From Macrostomum lignano (taxonomy: Eukaryota), in NCBI GenBank assembly GCA_002269645.1, contig NIVC01000004.1, forward strand, positions 62,001 to 126,000: a DNA stretch of 64,000 nucleotides, written 5' to 3'. Of the stretch, positions 10,919 to 22,684 are shown piece by piece. Below the pieces are notes generated by a model. The model was not told where the DNA came from. It did not search any database and was given only the letters and a program-made list of their open reading frames with translations. Position 1 is the first letter of the stretch, and each line of letters opens with the position of its first letter. A program made the position numbers and the translations under genes.

Positions 10919-12278
10919 CTTCGGCTGTCCGGAAAGTCGTGAGAATGTGTCAATTAAGCAAGAAAGCAGCAAGCTGTTGACGTGGCACACAGAAATTTTC
11001 AATAATAGACTTATATATGTCTATGGTGAAAATTCTTGTTATTCTAGTAGCAAAATTGGGGGCAGGGGCGAGCTCAGTATAAAGTGCTCAATAGCAAATG
11101 CAACGCGGTGATCAAGTTTGAAAATTTTGACAGCAAGTTCTTCAAAATGGAAGACTTCCAGCTGTCCAGGGTTATGCCTATGCTAGATACCGTCTTGGAA
11201 TCTGCGCTCTCAGCTGCCATGACGAGCTGCTCAAAGTTTATGGAGATGCTGCACCAGGTCGGTCAACGGTTTACAGATGGTATTCGAAGTTCCGTGACGA
11301 AGCATTTCCCCCGGTCTCAGCTCCTCGGACTGGCCGGCCACGGTCAACAAGGATAGCGGAACTGATCGAAACCTGCCGAGCTCTCGTTGAAGAGGATCCA
11401 AAAGTTTGTGTCCGAGACCTCGCTGACTTTTTGGAAGTTTGAAAAACAACAGTGCACGAAATTTTGACTGAGGATTTGCACCTTCGAAACGTTTCTGCTG
11501 TCTGGGTTCCGCATGCTCTATCCGAGGAGAACAAGACTGCTCGCATCAATTGTGCCAAGCAAATTCGCAGGCTTTTTTACAACAAGGGGGTGGAAAACTT
11601 TTGCGACAAGTACGTGGTGGAAGATGAGACATGGGTGTACCTGAACAACACTGGCACAAAGCAAAACAATAGGTGCTGGCTTGGCCAAGGGGATCATCGG
11701 CCCCAGGTTGTCAGGCACTCGGTCGGCAATGCAAAGACAATGCTTCTGGTTGCTTTTACTCCAAACAAGCGCTTCTCCATTGAATCCACAGCCCCAAAGC
11801 AAACTGTTGATGCAAATGGCATAGTTAAGTTCATTCAGCACACCGGAGACCTATGGCGTACTCTGAGGTCAAGGCCAATTCACCTGTCGGATGTTCTTTG
11901 GCAGTGGGACAATGCGCGACCTCACGTGGCTCGTTCTGTGCAGCAGTACATGGAGTCCCGTGTAGTTCAGCTGGTGTTTCAGAGTCCTTACAGCCCAGAC
12001 TTCAATTTGTGCGACCGTTTTTTGTTCAGTTGGATGAAGAATGATTTCTCCAGGCGAGTGTTCAACGACCATAATGAAGTTCGAGAAGCTGCGTTGCAAT
12101 GGGCAAGAGGCCTTGACGAAGATTGCTTGAAAAGAGAGGTTCAGCGACTCGTTGACCATTGCCAAGCTGTAATCAACGCAAGGGGGGATTACATTACCAA
12201 CTAGTGCTGTTATCGTGTTTTTTGATAGTTCTGACTGATTTTTTAAATACATTCTCACGACTTTCCGGACAGCCGGAG
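10919..12278 (+). mobile_element. mariner DNA transposon (DD34D), full length 1360 bp, defective transposase
   Basis: 30-bp TIRs CT(T/C)CGGCTGTCCGGAAAGTCGTGAGAATGT with 1 mismatch, TA on both sides; motifs WVPHAL, EDETW, WDNARPH, SPYSPDFNLCD (34 residues D to D); in-frame TGA at 11440-11442 and a frameshift near the start. Confidence 0.95.
11452..12204 (+). pseudogene. mariner transposase catalytic region (open part of a disrupted gene that begins near 11147)
   Basis: DDD motifs as above; HTH region YGDAAPGRSTVYRWYSKFR..PRTGRP is in frame upstream of the TGA. Confidence 0.85.
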
Positions 12279-12419
12279 TAAATTGCATTTTTCGGAGTTC
12301 AACTCAAAGAACTAAATGTATTTTTAGCAAACAGAAATAAAATACAAGAATACAAAGAAGACAAAATTCAGTTTTCAGTTTCCCATCTCATTTTTTCTAA
12401 GGATCGATACGGAACAATA

Positions 12420-13560
12420 CCCCATTGTAGTCGCTGGATGCGAGCCTTCGGAGCTGTAAAAACTGCTCCCCTCAGAATTCCAGTGTGCATCGGTGAGATT
12501 AACTGAGGAACGCTTTTTACATTATCCGCGGCGGATCTCCAAACAAAAGACCTCGGCGTTCGAAGTCTTGCATTCCTCGCAGGGAAAAAGTTGAAGGATA
12601 AAGACAGCAGCAGGGGTCCAAGCAGCGCACGAAGGAAGCTCGCGCCTGAGCTACAGGCCGCCGGCTGTTACAGCTCGGTCTGCACAATGGTCGCGCCAGA
12701 AACCAGGACTGGGTGCCATAGGAACCTGTGCTAGCAGTCGGAGCGTCGTTGAGGCGATGAGGCAAAGCTCGAGCCGGTCTTCTTTCGAGCTTTGCAGAAT
12801 GATACCTCCCGCTCTTTTCGAGCACAACGCAATGTCGAGCACGGGTTCGTCACGAACCGGCACCCGATGGTGCTGCTCGGGAATAGCGATGGCGATCTCC
12901 AAGAGCGCACGTAGCAGCGGCTTGGCAGGTTTGGCCACCTTGCAGAACCGGCTCAGCTTTCCTACCCGATCCTAAAGGCAATGATTTTGCAGGCTTCTTG
13001 CCCTCACGCAGTCCATTCTACCTGTCGACAGGTAACGACAGCTGGCTGGGCTGAGCGCCTTGGACCAATTGCTCTCAAAGCCGAGCCGCTGCAGAATGGC
13101 CAAGAGAAACTCTTGCAGCACCCGGTAAACCTCATAGTCTCTCGCTGTGATGCAAAAGTCGTCCAGATAAGCTATGATGGCAAAGTTAGATAGTTGCAAA
13201 CGCAGCCGAAAGATTCTGACTGACTGACCAGTAGATTTGAAGCGGCAGGTCGACACCCGTGACCTCGTAGCAGTCCGGGTGTACTTCAACACCTCGGTAG
13301 TCATGGCGAAGGTCGATCTTGCTGAGGAAACAGCCTGGCGCCAGCAACCCAGTGAGTTCCTCGACGTTGGCGAACTTCTGCTTCTGGCAAGGCTTGCACG
13401 GATCGTCGATGCTGCGGTCTTGAGGCATTGCCGATCAGGCCAATGGCTCCATCTGCTTTGGCGATGGCACCGAGTGGGCTGATGATGGTCAGCCTGGCGA
13501 TGCCGAGGTCAGTCGCGCTGATGTAGCACCTGGCCAGCATCTCTTCTCGGATCTGCTTGT
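12420..13560 (-). mobile_element. Degenerate DIRS/Ngaro-type retrotransposon RT-RNase H region
   Basis: FLSKIDLRHDYRGVEVHPD, AYLDDF, LQRLGFESNWSK, VGKLSRFCKVAKPAKPLLRALL..HHRV, NDAPTASTGSYG..WF in successive frames; may extend to about 14900. Confidence 0.75.
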
Positions 13561-13743
13561 CAAGGGTGTGCCGATTTTCTTCGCAGCGGGGTGTTGATTC
13601 TCAAGCTGGGCGTCACCAACCAGGACAGAATCTATGATGCGAAAGCCATCACGGATACAAGTGCTTAAAAATTCAGTGCCGGAGTCACCACGCTAAACCG
13701 GTGTCCGGGCAGATGATGGCAGTGACCAGCAGTTGGCTCGGAA

Positions 13744-13945
13744 GCAGGGTGGGCGGTGATGTCAGCAGGGTGGGCCGTGATGTCAGCAGGGTGGGCGGTG
13801 ATGTCAGCAGGGTGGGCGGTGATGTCAGCAGGGTGGGCGATGATGTCAGCAGGGTGGGCGGTGATGTCAGCAGGGTGGGCGATGATGTCAGCAGGGTGGG
13901 CGGTGATGTCAGCAGGGTGGGCGGTGATGTCAGCGGGGTGAGCGG
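13744..13945. repeat. 21-bp tandem repeat (GCAGGGTGGGCGGTGATGTCA), about 9-10 units
   Basis: Direct periodicity. Confidence 0.95.
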
Positions 13946-15219
13946 CAAAACGAGCATGATAACCGCAGCAACTTAAGATATTTGGTCGCTTAGCAGACCT
14001 TATTGGCTCATTGCTAAAACAGGGTCTGCTGCGGCCCCGCCTCGGTGCTCAGGTTTTTGGTCCAGAGGCTCCCGAACGTGTTGAAGCCTTGAGTGACTCC
14101 CCTTGCAGATGCGTCAGATGTGAGCGAATTTGCAGTTGTTTCTGTGGCAACCTTTGGCGCTATTGAACAGGCCGCAAATTATCTGTCCAGATGCTCCACT
14201 GCTCTGCTCCGTTACCTTGGACTCCCTGACTGACGGCCACTTGGCCAGCAGCTCGCAGATTTTTAGGGACCGTCAGGCGCTTCAAAATCGTGTTCAAGTT
14301 GCGCTGTCGCGAGTGCTGCAGCCGCCTCATGTCTCGATCGTACTTAACCAACAGCTCGCCAGTGTGGATATTAAAGCTGGGGTAGGTTAGCTTCTTGAAG
14401 TTGAGCTCTTCATGCGCGCCCGGCGTCACCAACTGCCCAGTCTCCAGGAGCTGAGGAGCTTCTGCATGATACGCGCTGCATGGCGTTCCTGCGTCAGCCA
14501 TCCTCCCGACTACAGCTTCTCATTCAGAAAGTCGGCCGGGGATGAGCTGAGCAGTGCTGCAGATGGTTGCAGCCAAATCATACTTGAGCTGCCGACCCTG
14601 GCCCCGAACAGGCTGGAGTGAATGCCCGGCTTTTCGCTGGCTGGCAAGCAGCGCTTTGGCTTCGCTCCGGGTCGATTGGATCTCTTTTCACAGCTGGTCT
14701 CAGCCCTTTTGAGGGCTTACACAGTCATGCTGTTAAGATTTTGCTTCATTGTGCAGCGCGAGGCTGGTGAGGCAGTCAAAAATAGCAGATCCTTTAACAA
14801 GCGTCTCATTGCATTGTTGCATCAGACGCACCACTGGTAAATGGAGTTCCAAGAGGCTGTCTTCAGAGTGAATCTGTTGTGTCTATTGTCTATTATTCTA
14901 TTCAATGTGTCAGAGTTTAGAAATCATTCAAATGCACTACAAGCACAAACACTAGCGTTTTTTGTGTCAATCATGCTCGGTTCTTAGGCCAAACAAGAGA
15001 TCCTTTCAGTCAAGTTGATCGGATTTCTAAGTGCGAATAAAATGTTAGGAATATTTTTAATACATCAAACAGATTCTTTAAAATATTTTACAAACTACTA
15101 ACACCACGAAAGACATTCAGTAAAGACACATATAACTTCACGCGAAAATTACTGAAATTACTTGAAGTATGTCTGAAAAAAAGCGATTCTGTGCTGTGAA
15201 TTTCTGTTAGTTACCTGCC

Positions 15220-15331
15220 ATTGGCTCACCACAGGCCGGCGTCCACAGCAATGTTGCAGCCAAACAAGAAGCGACTCCACGTGGCTCATCTCTGAGCTGC
15301 TCGTCACGTCCGCCATGATTACCAGACCGCA
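15220..15331 (-). pseudogene. Collapsed relic of a seventh lectin copy
   Basis: Three colinear pieces of the lectin CDS (GLVIMADVTSSSEMSHVESL; GCNI.VDAGLW; EPN) joined by internal deletions. Confidence 0.85.
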
Positions 15332-16142
15332 CTGTAGAGATTTCCAAACATAGTAGACTACTAGAAATAGTAAGATAAAATTATAAATACAAATTTAAAA
15401 ATAGCAATGCGTCATACTCTATTTTTAGTAATTACCAGTAATATCACGAAAACAGCGAGAGACTATTCTAGCACAAATTGTTCTCAACATCTATTTTCAG
15501 AACTTCCAAATATGGTAAATGTTAATCTGAATGCCACCCAAGTCTCACCCTTTTCTATTCAAAAACCCCACCTGTCAATACCTGACCTTACCTGATCAGT
15601 AGATTTTGAATTCGAGGCCTCCCTATTCCTAAGGGAGTGGATAGGATCTGCGGACCGATTCCGATACTCTTAGAGGATTATTGATTTGATTGATTTTGGC
15701 ACCCTAGAGTAACCGATAGGAGCACACGACTCCGATTCCGTTATTTCTAGAAGAAGACGCCCTTTTCTGGAGGACCTCGTCATTGTTAGAGTTGACTTTG
15801 CTAATACGGCGCATCTCTGATTTCTGCACTCGAGAATACTTTGACGCCGACGGGTTAAATTGTTACGCTCTCATATTCGGCCGATTCTCAGAACACAAGA
15901 AGACAACTCCGGAGGAAGACTACGAGCTCTACAAACCCGCCCGCCCGAGGTCTGGAAGTGGGAGTTCGTGCGTTTAGACACTAGACTTAATTCTCTCTCC
16001 TATTCTCTTTCTCTCTCTCTCTCTCTAGTGTGCTAAAGCGAACTCTTCAGCATGTCGACTTTTTCGGCTGCCTGGCTTCCCTGGGTCTCGACACCAGGAC
16101 ATCCGCGTGAAAGCTATGAGAGGGTTAGGGGGTTAGGTGTTC

Positions 16143-17004
16143 CTCATCAACATCAGCATCACCATCAACAACAACAGCATCATCAACATCAGCAACATCA
16201 GCATCAGCAACATCAGCATCAGCAACATCAGCATCAGCAATATCAGCATCAGCAACATCAGCATCATCAACAATAGCATCATCATCAACAACATCATAAT
16301 CATCATCCACAGCAACATCAACATCAGCATCAGCAACATCAGCATCATCCACAGCAACATCAACATCAGCATCAGCAACATCAGCATCAGCAAAATCAGC
16401 ATCAGCAACATCAGCATCATCAACAACAGCATCATCATCAACAACACCATAATCATCATCCACAGCAACATCAACATCAGCATCAGCAACATCAGCATCA
16501 GCAACATCAGCATCAGCAAAATCAGCATCAGCAACATCAGCATCAGCAACATCAGCATCATCAACAACAGCATCACAATCAACAACAGCACCATCATCAA
16601 CAACAGCATCATCATCAACAACATCATAATCATCATCCACAGCAACATCAACATCAGCATCAGCAACATCAGCATCATCAACATCAGCATCATCAACAGC
16701 AACAGCAACATCAGAATCAGCAACATCAGCATCAGCATCATCAACATCAGCAACATCAGCATCAGCAACATCAGCATCATCAACATCAGCATCATCAACA
16801 TCAACATCAGCAACATCAGCATCAGCATCATCAACATCAGCATCATCAACAGCAACAGCAACATCAGAATCAGCAACATCAGCATCATCAACATCAGCAT
16901 CATCAACAGCAACAGCAACATCAGAATCAGCAACATCAGCATCAGCATCATCAACATCAGCAACATCAGCATCAGCAACATCAGAATCAGCAACATCAAC
17001 ATCA
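16143..17004. repeat. Compound (CAT/CAA/CAG)n trinucleotide microsatellite
   Basis: About 860 bp of ATC/AGC/AAC triplets; explains the long low-complexity ORFs. Confidence 0.97.
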
Positions 17005-17368
17005 AGTGTCAACTTCCATAACGGTTTGAGCTTAGCCTAAACCCAAGGAGTAGGCTGATCACCCTGGCAAATTTAACCAGAAGACAAATACTCATTGATT
17101 TATTGCTTGTCTTTAAATTTCTGCTTTTAATTGCGCTGCTCAAATCGTTTATTGATGCACTTTTCGGGGCCAAGCAGTCACTGGGGAACTCAATTGTCAC
17201 ATGAGAAATTTTAGGTCAGTCTACTTCAACTCGCATTTGATTATTTTCAAGTTGTGCAGGTGCAGCTGAAACGGGTTACTCTGCATTCCTTAGCGGTAGG
17301 ATGCGAACCCAACGCTCTAAAAGTGTTTGCTTACGAGTACTTGCGTTGATCTTCTTCAAAGAGGAATT

Positions 17369-18094
17369 TCAGTTGAATGGCGACTGGCACTCGCAGAGGC
17401 CGAAGCTGGCCGATGTCAGATCCGTCAGGCCGCTCTTTCCCGAGTAGGCAGCGATCTTGTCCTGCCCGCCGTTGTTATCCGGCTCATTAAAGTTCCACAA
17501 ACCGGCGTCCACGGTGATTTTGCAGCCGACCCAGTACCAGCCGCCTGCCGGCTCCGCGCTGCCGGCCGGCTGGAAGCCTCCCAGCCACAAATTGTTGCCA
17601 TCACGAAGCGACTCCACGTGGCTCATCTCTGAGCTGCTCGTCACGTCCGCCATGATCACCAGACCGCTCTCCGACTCGCACTTCTGCCGGCTCGTCTCCC
17701 ACAGTTTGTCGGCGCTGTTGTGGACCTTGTACTTGACTCCACACAGGCCGTCTCCGTATCCGGGCGGACACAGCAGTCCTGCCGGCAGTCCCGGCTGCTG
17801 CCTCACGAACACCCGGCCTCGTCTCGAGCAGCCGCAGTCCCTCACAGACTTGCTGCACTTGTTGAACTCGAACAGCTGGCACGGACCGTCGGACAGGCTG
17901 AAGGCCTGGCACTGCGGCCTCAGGCGGCACAGGAGGGCGCACTGCAGCTCCGAAGCGACTCCAGCGAAGGTTCGGACAAAGTCGCTGTTGATGCACAGGG
18001 AGCCGTCAATCGGAGAGAACTTGGTGCTGCACTGCGAAGCGGCAGCAAGTTTCAAAAGCAACGCAGTCGCTTGCAGTAAAAGCAGCGAGTGCAT
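17369..18094 (-). CDS. Secreted PAN/Apple + C-type lectin domain protein, copy 4 (241 aa)
   Basis: Signal peptide MHSLLLLQATALLLKLAAA; EPD motif; intact ORF. Confidence 0.88.
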   Translation of the reverse strand: MHSLLLLQATALLLKLAAASQCSTKFSPIDGSLCINSDFVRTFAGVASELQCALLCRLRPQCQAFSLSDGPCQLFEFNKCSKSVRDCGCSRRGRVFVRQQPGLPAGLLCPPGYGDGLCGVKYKVHNSADKLWETSRQKCESESGLVIMADVTSSSEMSHVESLRDGNNLWLGGFQPAGSAEPAGGWYWVGCKITVDAGLWNFNEPDNNGGQDKIAAYSGKSGLTDLTSASFGLCECQSPFN

Positions 18095-18612
18095 CGCGAT
18101 GCTGTCTGTCGCTCTCCTGGTGTAAATTCTGCTCTGCCTGAAGCTCTGAGTTCTGAGTCCGTTTGACCTGCTGATTTTTAAATTGCTTCGTGTTGGACTC
18201 TGACTGACTCTGATCTTTTTTGGACTGTGGGCTCTGGGGTTGGTGCTTGGGGTGGGTTATTTGTCTGGTGAGGGTTTGCGTACTCTGTGTACATCGTTGC
18301 TCATTCACTATTCCCTCGTGCATGCCTTATCTCTGTCACCCACCCCAATGCTATGCTGCGATGCTTATTAATGTGTTTTCTGATCTTAGGTTGACTTCAA
18401 TAAACTTTTGTCACAACTGAGAGCTAAAGCTATTGACTTTCACTTCGCATTCGCTCGCGGCTCCTCGGGCAGCATCTTTCCAGCCCAGCTGCCAGAAGCA
18501 GAGGTTCCTGTCCGTGTAAAATGCTGTCGCTTCTGCGCTGCTGCTGCTGCATCAATTCCCGTGCATTGACAAGCATTTCGCTACCCATTAACACGCACGC
18601 GGGATGCGTGCT

Positions 18613-19833
18613 ATTGTCCATAGAAAAAAACATTAGTTTAACGAGTTTTTAGATGACCCAAATATCAATTATTAGATGATTAATTTTTTATTTATACGGT
18701 TTATAATTGTAAATTATAAACAACAACTACTTATAGCATGAAAATGAGGGGGAAATGTCTAAAGCCATAGTTTCTCTCGAAGAATTAGTATTTTTGATAG
18801 ATACGCCCTACTCAAACACAGTGTTAATAAAATTGTTGTTGCCGTCAATGCAAACACGCATATTCTTGGTCGGACGTACAGGCCTCGATATGAACTGGCC
18901 GAGGAACCGGCTCGTCAATTGATTGTGGGGTGGCATTGCAACTGGTGATCCGTCATCACTTGCGTGCAGACAGTAGAACTGATAGAGCCGCTCGCATTAG
19001 CAGAGAAAGACGCCTCATTGGACGGCATTGTGCTTGTGCTTGGAATATGCCGGCTTAGTGCACAGTTCACTGCCTTGGAACTCCTGAACAGACTGCGGTC
19101 CCGGCACCTGGTTAAATACCTTTTGACCGTCTTCTCACATTTCTGACCGGTAATAAGCATTATGTCTTGCAGCGAATGGCCAGCGGCGTCTAGATCGCAC
19201 ACTCTAGTGACTCTGTGGGAGAATCAAAGGAAAGTAATTTTACATGAACTAGTTAAAACTATTATTTATAAATATACTATTTATATACTATTTATATACC
19301 ATATCGGAAAACGAAATTTACTTACCTAATACAGTGATTAGTGTAGACCTTGCTTAGACCGGCCCTCGCACTAAGTTTCTTCATAAATTCTTGAAGGAAT
19401 CGATATCCTCGAGCGGTCTTCTCGGAGAAACGGTACGGTTTTAAAGATTGGCCTTGGAGAGGCTTCGGAAAAAAACGATAGCGAAGCGCAGGGCCTAAAC
19501 GGGTATATTTATTCAAATATACTGGAGGGGGTGTAAGATAAGACAGGGGGTGGGGTGGAGTCCGCAACCGAGGAAAGAGGCGAGAACTGAGAGCCAATCA
19601 GAAGGCAGCGAGGGAGAGAGATAAATGACATAACAAAATTGAACTAGACAGATTCTACTGAGACTGCGTTGTCTTTCTCGATCATAAACAACTAGGCTAT
19701 TTGGAAACACTAGTCAATGCACTTTTCTGCAGTCGGGATGCATGATATTGGATAACACGCTCGCGCCTACCGGTAGACTCGCGTGTGTTACCGATATCAT
19801 GCATCCCGACTGCAGAAGAATATACCATTGTCC
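18613..19833 (-). mobile_element. Crypton-type tyrosine-recombinase element fragment with a spliceosomal intron
   Basis: Joining AG|GTAAG (19325) to CCCACAG| (19213) gives FMKKLSARAGLSKVYTNHCIR-VTRVCDLDAAGHSLQDIMLITGQKCEKTVKRYL; segment absent from the paralogous upstream region of lectin copy 6; ATTGTCC repeated at both ends. Confidence 0.75.
19725..19817. repeat. 93-nt hairpin with perfect 24-bp outer arms
   Basis: TTCTGCAGTCGGGATGCATGATAT ... ATATCATGCATCCCGACTGCAGAA; central palindrome CTACCGGTAG. Confidence 0.9.
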
Positions 19834-20360
19834 GTTGATTTTTCTATAATGCGAGATGCAGCCTTGCATTGACAGACAGGTTCTTTTTTTAGCCAGCAGC
19901 AGTCTTGGCCAATGTTTCCACACAAAAGCAAGTATTTGCTTTCACGAAAATTCTGAGCCTAACTTTTGCATTGAGGTGCAAAGCAAACAAGCAAAGCCAG
20001 GATGCAGTGATGCTAAAAAGCATTGGCTAACACCTGTCTGTCTCATCTGCTGAGCAAAGATAGATCAGGATGAGCTGACTGTGCTGTCACCATTCAGTCA
20101 TTATTCAGTAGTTCTCACCGATTTACAGGCCCGTTAGTGTGGGATGTGGGCAGATCAAGGTGGGTGATGCAGACTGGTGAAATCTGACTGGCTGCAGTGA
20201 CGGCAAAGGCAAAAGGGCGCTTCGCTGGCACATTGGGTTCATCGGAGGCTGGTTTTCGTTGCAAACTTCATTGTCCAGTGAGAGCGCGTATTCTTTTTTT
20301 CACAAGCTGATCTATACAAGTTTGAAAAGGTATTGTTGAAGACCTGGAAATCGCGAAATG

Positions 20361-20952
20361 CATGTGTTGCACCCCCCCCCCAGGATGGCCCAGAAGCTGC
20401 GAACCGGCTAGGGTAGCAGGGGCTGCCTATCTAAGAGACACCCAGGTCCCGCCTATTCCTGTCCGTACGCTGCGAGATTTCACAGTATACGTGTAGCTCG
20501 ATCCCCGCACGGCATCCCGGAAGGTAATGAGACACACCTGCAATTCGATCCAGTTCCAAAAACGCGCCGTATACCGCGAATGTTGATATTAACTGCACTG
20601 CCGTCAGCGGGACAAGGGTGAGGACGGGACGGGGCGGGGCACGCGCATTAAATAGCAAGGCAAAAGGGGGAGGAGGGTACAGCAAACAGACAATACGCAA
20701 GTACAAACACCCTGCGGGCCAGCCAATCACAAGCCGCCAGCCGGTGGGGGGAGGGGTGAAGGAAATTGAGCCGGCCTGCGCAGGAGACCGGGGCCTGGGC
20801 AGGCCGTAGGCCAGACTAGGGTGGCGCTTAAGCCCCCAAACCCAGCCCGACCGGCCGGCACAACCCAGCGCGAGGGGGAAGAGAGAAAAAAAGGATAGAA
20901 AAGAGGACCGGGAGGGTGAAGCCCTCGAAAACGCAGCACGGCACAACACATG
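20361..20952. mobile_element. About 590-bp non-coding insertion with 9-bp terminal inverted repeats (CATGTGTTG...CAACACATG)
   Basis: Interrupts sequence that is contiguous upstream of lectin copy 6 (GACCTGAAAATC...TACAGGTTGTGTTCTCTA at 26761-26795). Confidence 0.55.
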
Positions 20953-22684
20953 TCCGAGTACAGGTTGTGTTCTCTAGAGGGATTTTGCACCGATTTCAGA
21001 TTTCGTCAGATCAGCCTGTGCTGCTCGTCTCCGTTCCCTCCAGCTGGTGAGGCCGTCACCTGCGGCGGCGGCTTGCGACTGTCACTGGATGTGGCCATCC
21101 TGCACGAACCAAGATGAACCGATTCCGCCAGCAAGTCCTGTAGCGACTTCGGCACGCGCCGCAGCCGCCCACCTCCTAACCTTCAAGAGCAGCGGTGGCT
21201 TGAAGCTTCTCACTGCCGCTCTCTTCTGCCGTCTGTTTCGGCTGGTCGTCAGCCGTGCTGGCCTGGCCGACGGGTCTGCCTCTGTCGCTACAAATCGTTC
21301 GCCGCGGGGCGCCTCGCGCTGGCGTTCCGTGCCGGCGTGCCGCTGACGGTCGTCAAGGCCCTGGGCGACTGACGGAGCTCGGCGGTCGAGACGCACCTGG
21401 GGCTGGAGAAAGGTCTCAAACTGGGAACTGGAGGTAGCCAGCAGCTGCGCGCAAACTGTCGCCATGCGAAAAGTCCAGGTTCTCAGTGAAAGCGTTTTTA
21501 GTCTACTGTGCTTTCTTTCTCTTTCTTTGATGTGGCCCCTTTTTCACGCTTACATTTTCACAGCCGTCTTCTCGTCTTCTTTATGCTGTTTCAGCTCGGA
21601 CTATGCTACCAGTATGCGAAAAGTCCCATTTTCCCAGTGATGTGTTCCTTACTACCAAGACCTTCTTTGTAATCAAGGAACAGTCACTTCTAGCTTACTG
21701 TTAGGCAACCCAGTAATCAAATGAAGGTATTTATTACCTTGAGTCCTGATCAGTTGTGCTCTTCCTGTGCGTTGTTCTCGAAATAGGATATCCTCTGGTG
21801 GGTCAGTTGATCCGGCGCCTTACTTCTTAGAATCTGGTCCAAGTCCTTTGTACTCCTTGGCTTTCTTGCCGGCCGGTGCGGTATCTGTAGTTCGGACCAA
21901 TAGAAGTTTCGAATTAATGCACTCTAGGTATAGCTCCGGTAATCACTGATAGTCTTCTGATGGCTATCAGGGTAGTCCTTCTGGAGACTACAACCAATGG
22001 AGTCTCAAATAGACTCAGTCACAACAATAATATCGAGTCGACTCTAACACCTGGCGCAAATGAGTGAGGCTCACCACAAGAACTCAGCCGAGTCTCGGTT
22101 GACTTGGTCTGAAGGAAGTTCCTCGCCGACTTCCTCTTCTTCCCTCTGGAAGGTTCTCTTTTTACATGGCTATTTTGCGTTATAAATAGTAAGGCGATTC
22201 GTTGTTCGTTATACATAGTAACATGTTTCATAGTTTCCGTTGAAATAGTAACTTGACTCACGGTTTAAGTTCTGCTGCGCATGTTTGCATTAGTCTACTT
22301 ACAGTAGGACTCTATGAATAAACTTCTACATGAACAATTTTGTGATTTTTTGTGGGACGTAGAACACTCTACACCAGTTAAAGCTTTTACTCTTCTGTGC
22401 TTTCTCTCTCTTTCTCTGATGTGGTTTTTTACGCTTACCTTTTCACAGCCTTTTCGCCTTGTTTTCTTTATGCTGCTCCTCTAGCTTGGACTATGCTCCG
22501 AGTATACGAGCTCACCTTAAAGCCAAGGAGTAGGCTGCGCACTCGGACAAAATTAATCCAAAAACAATGACTCATTGGTTTATTGCTTGCCAAGATTAAA
22601 TATTGTTCGACTGATAAGCATCAGATTTTTCTCAAGCCAAAGCCGCCATGCTGGGGGCTCCCAAAGCCAGTCTGCGATGCGTAC

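Noticed and set aside
16125-17021. 290-295 aa ORFs (poly-DADV, poly-ML, poly-NIS)
   Set aside because: Stop-free frames of a trinucleotide microsatellite
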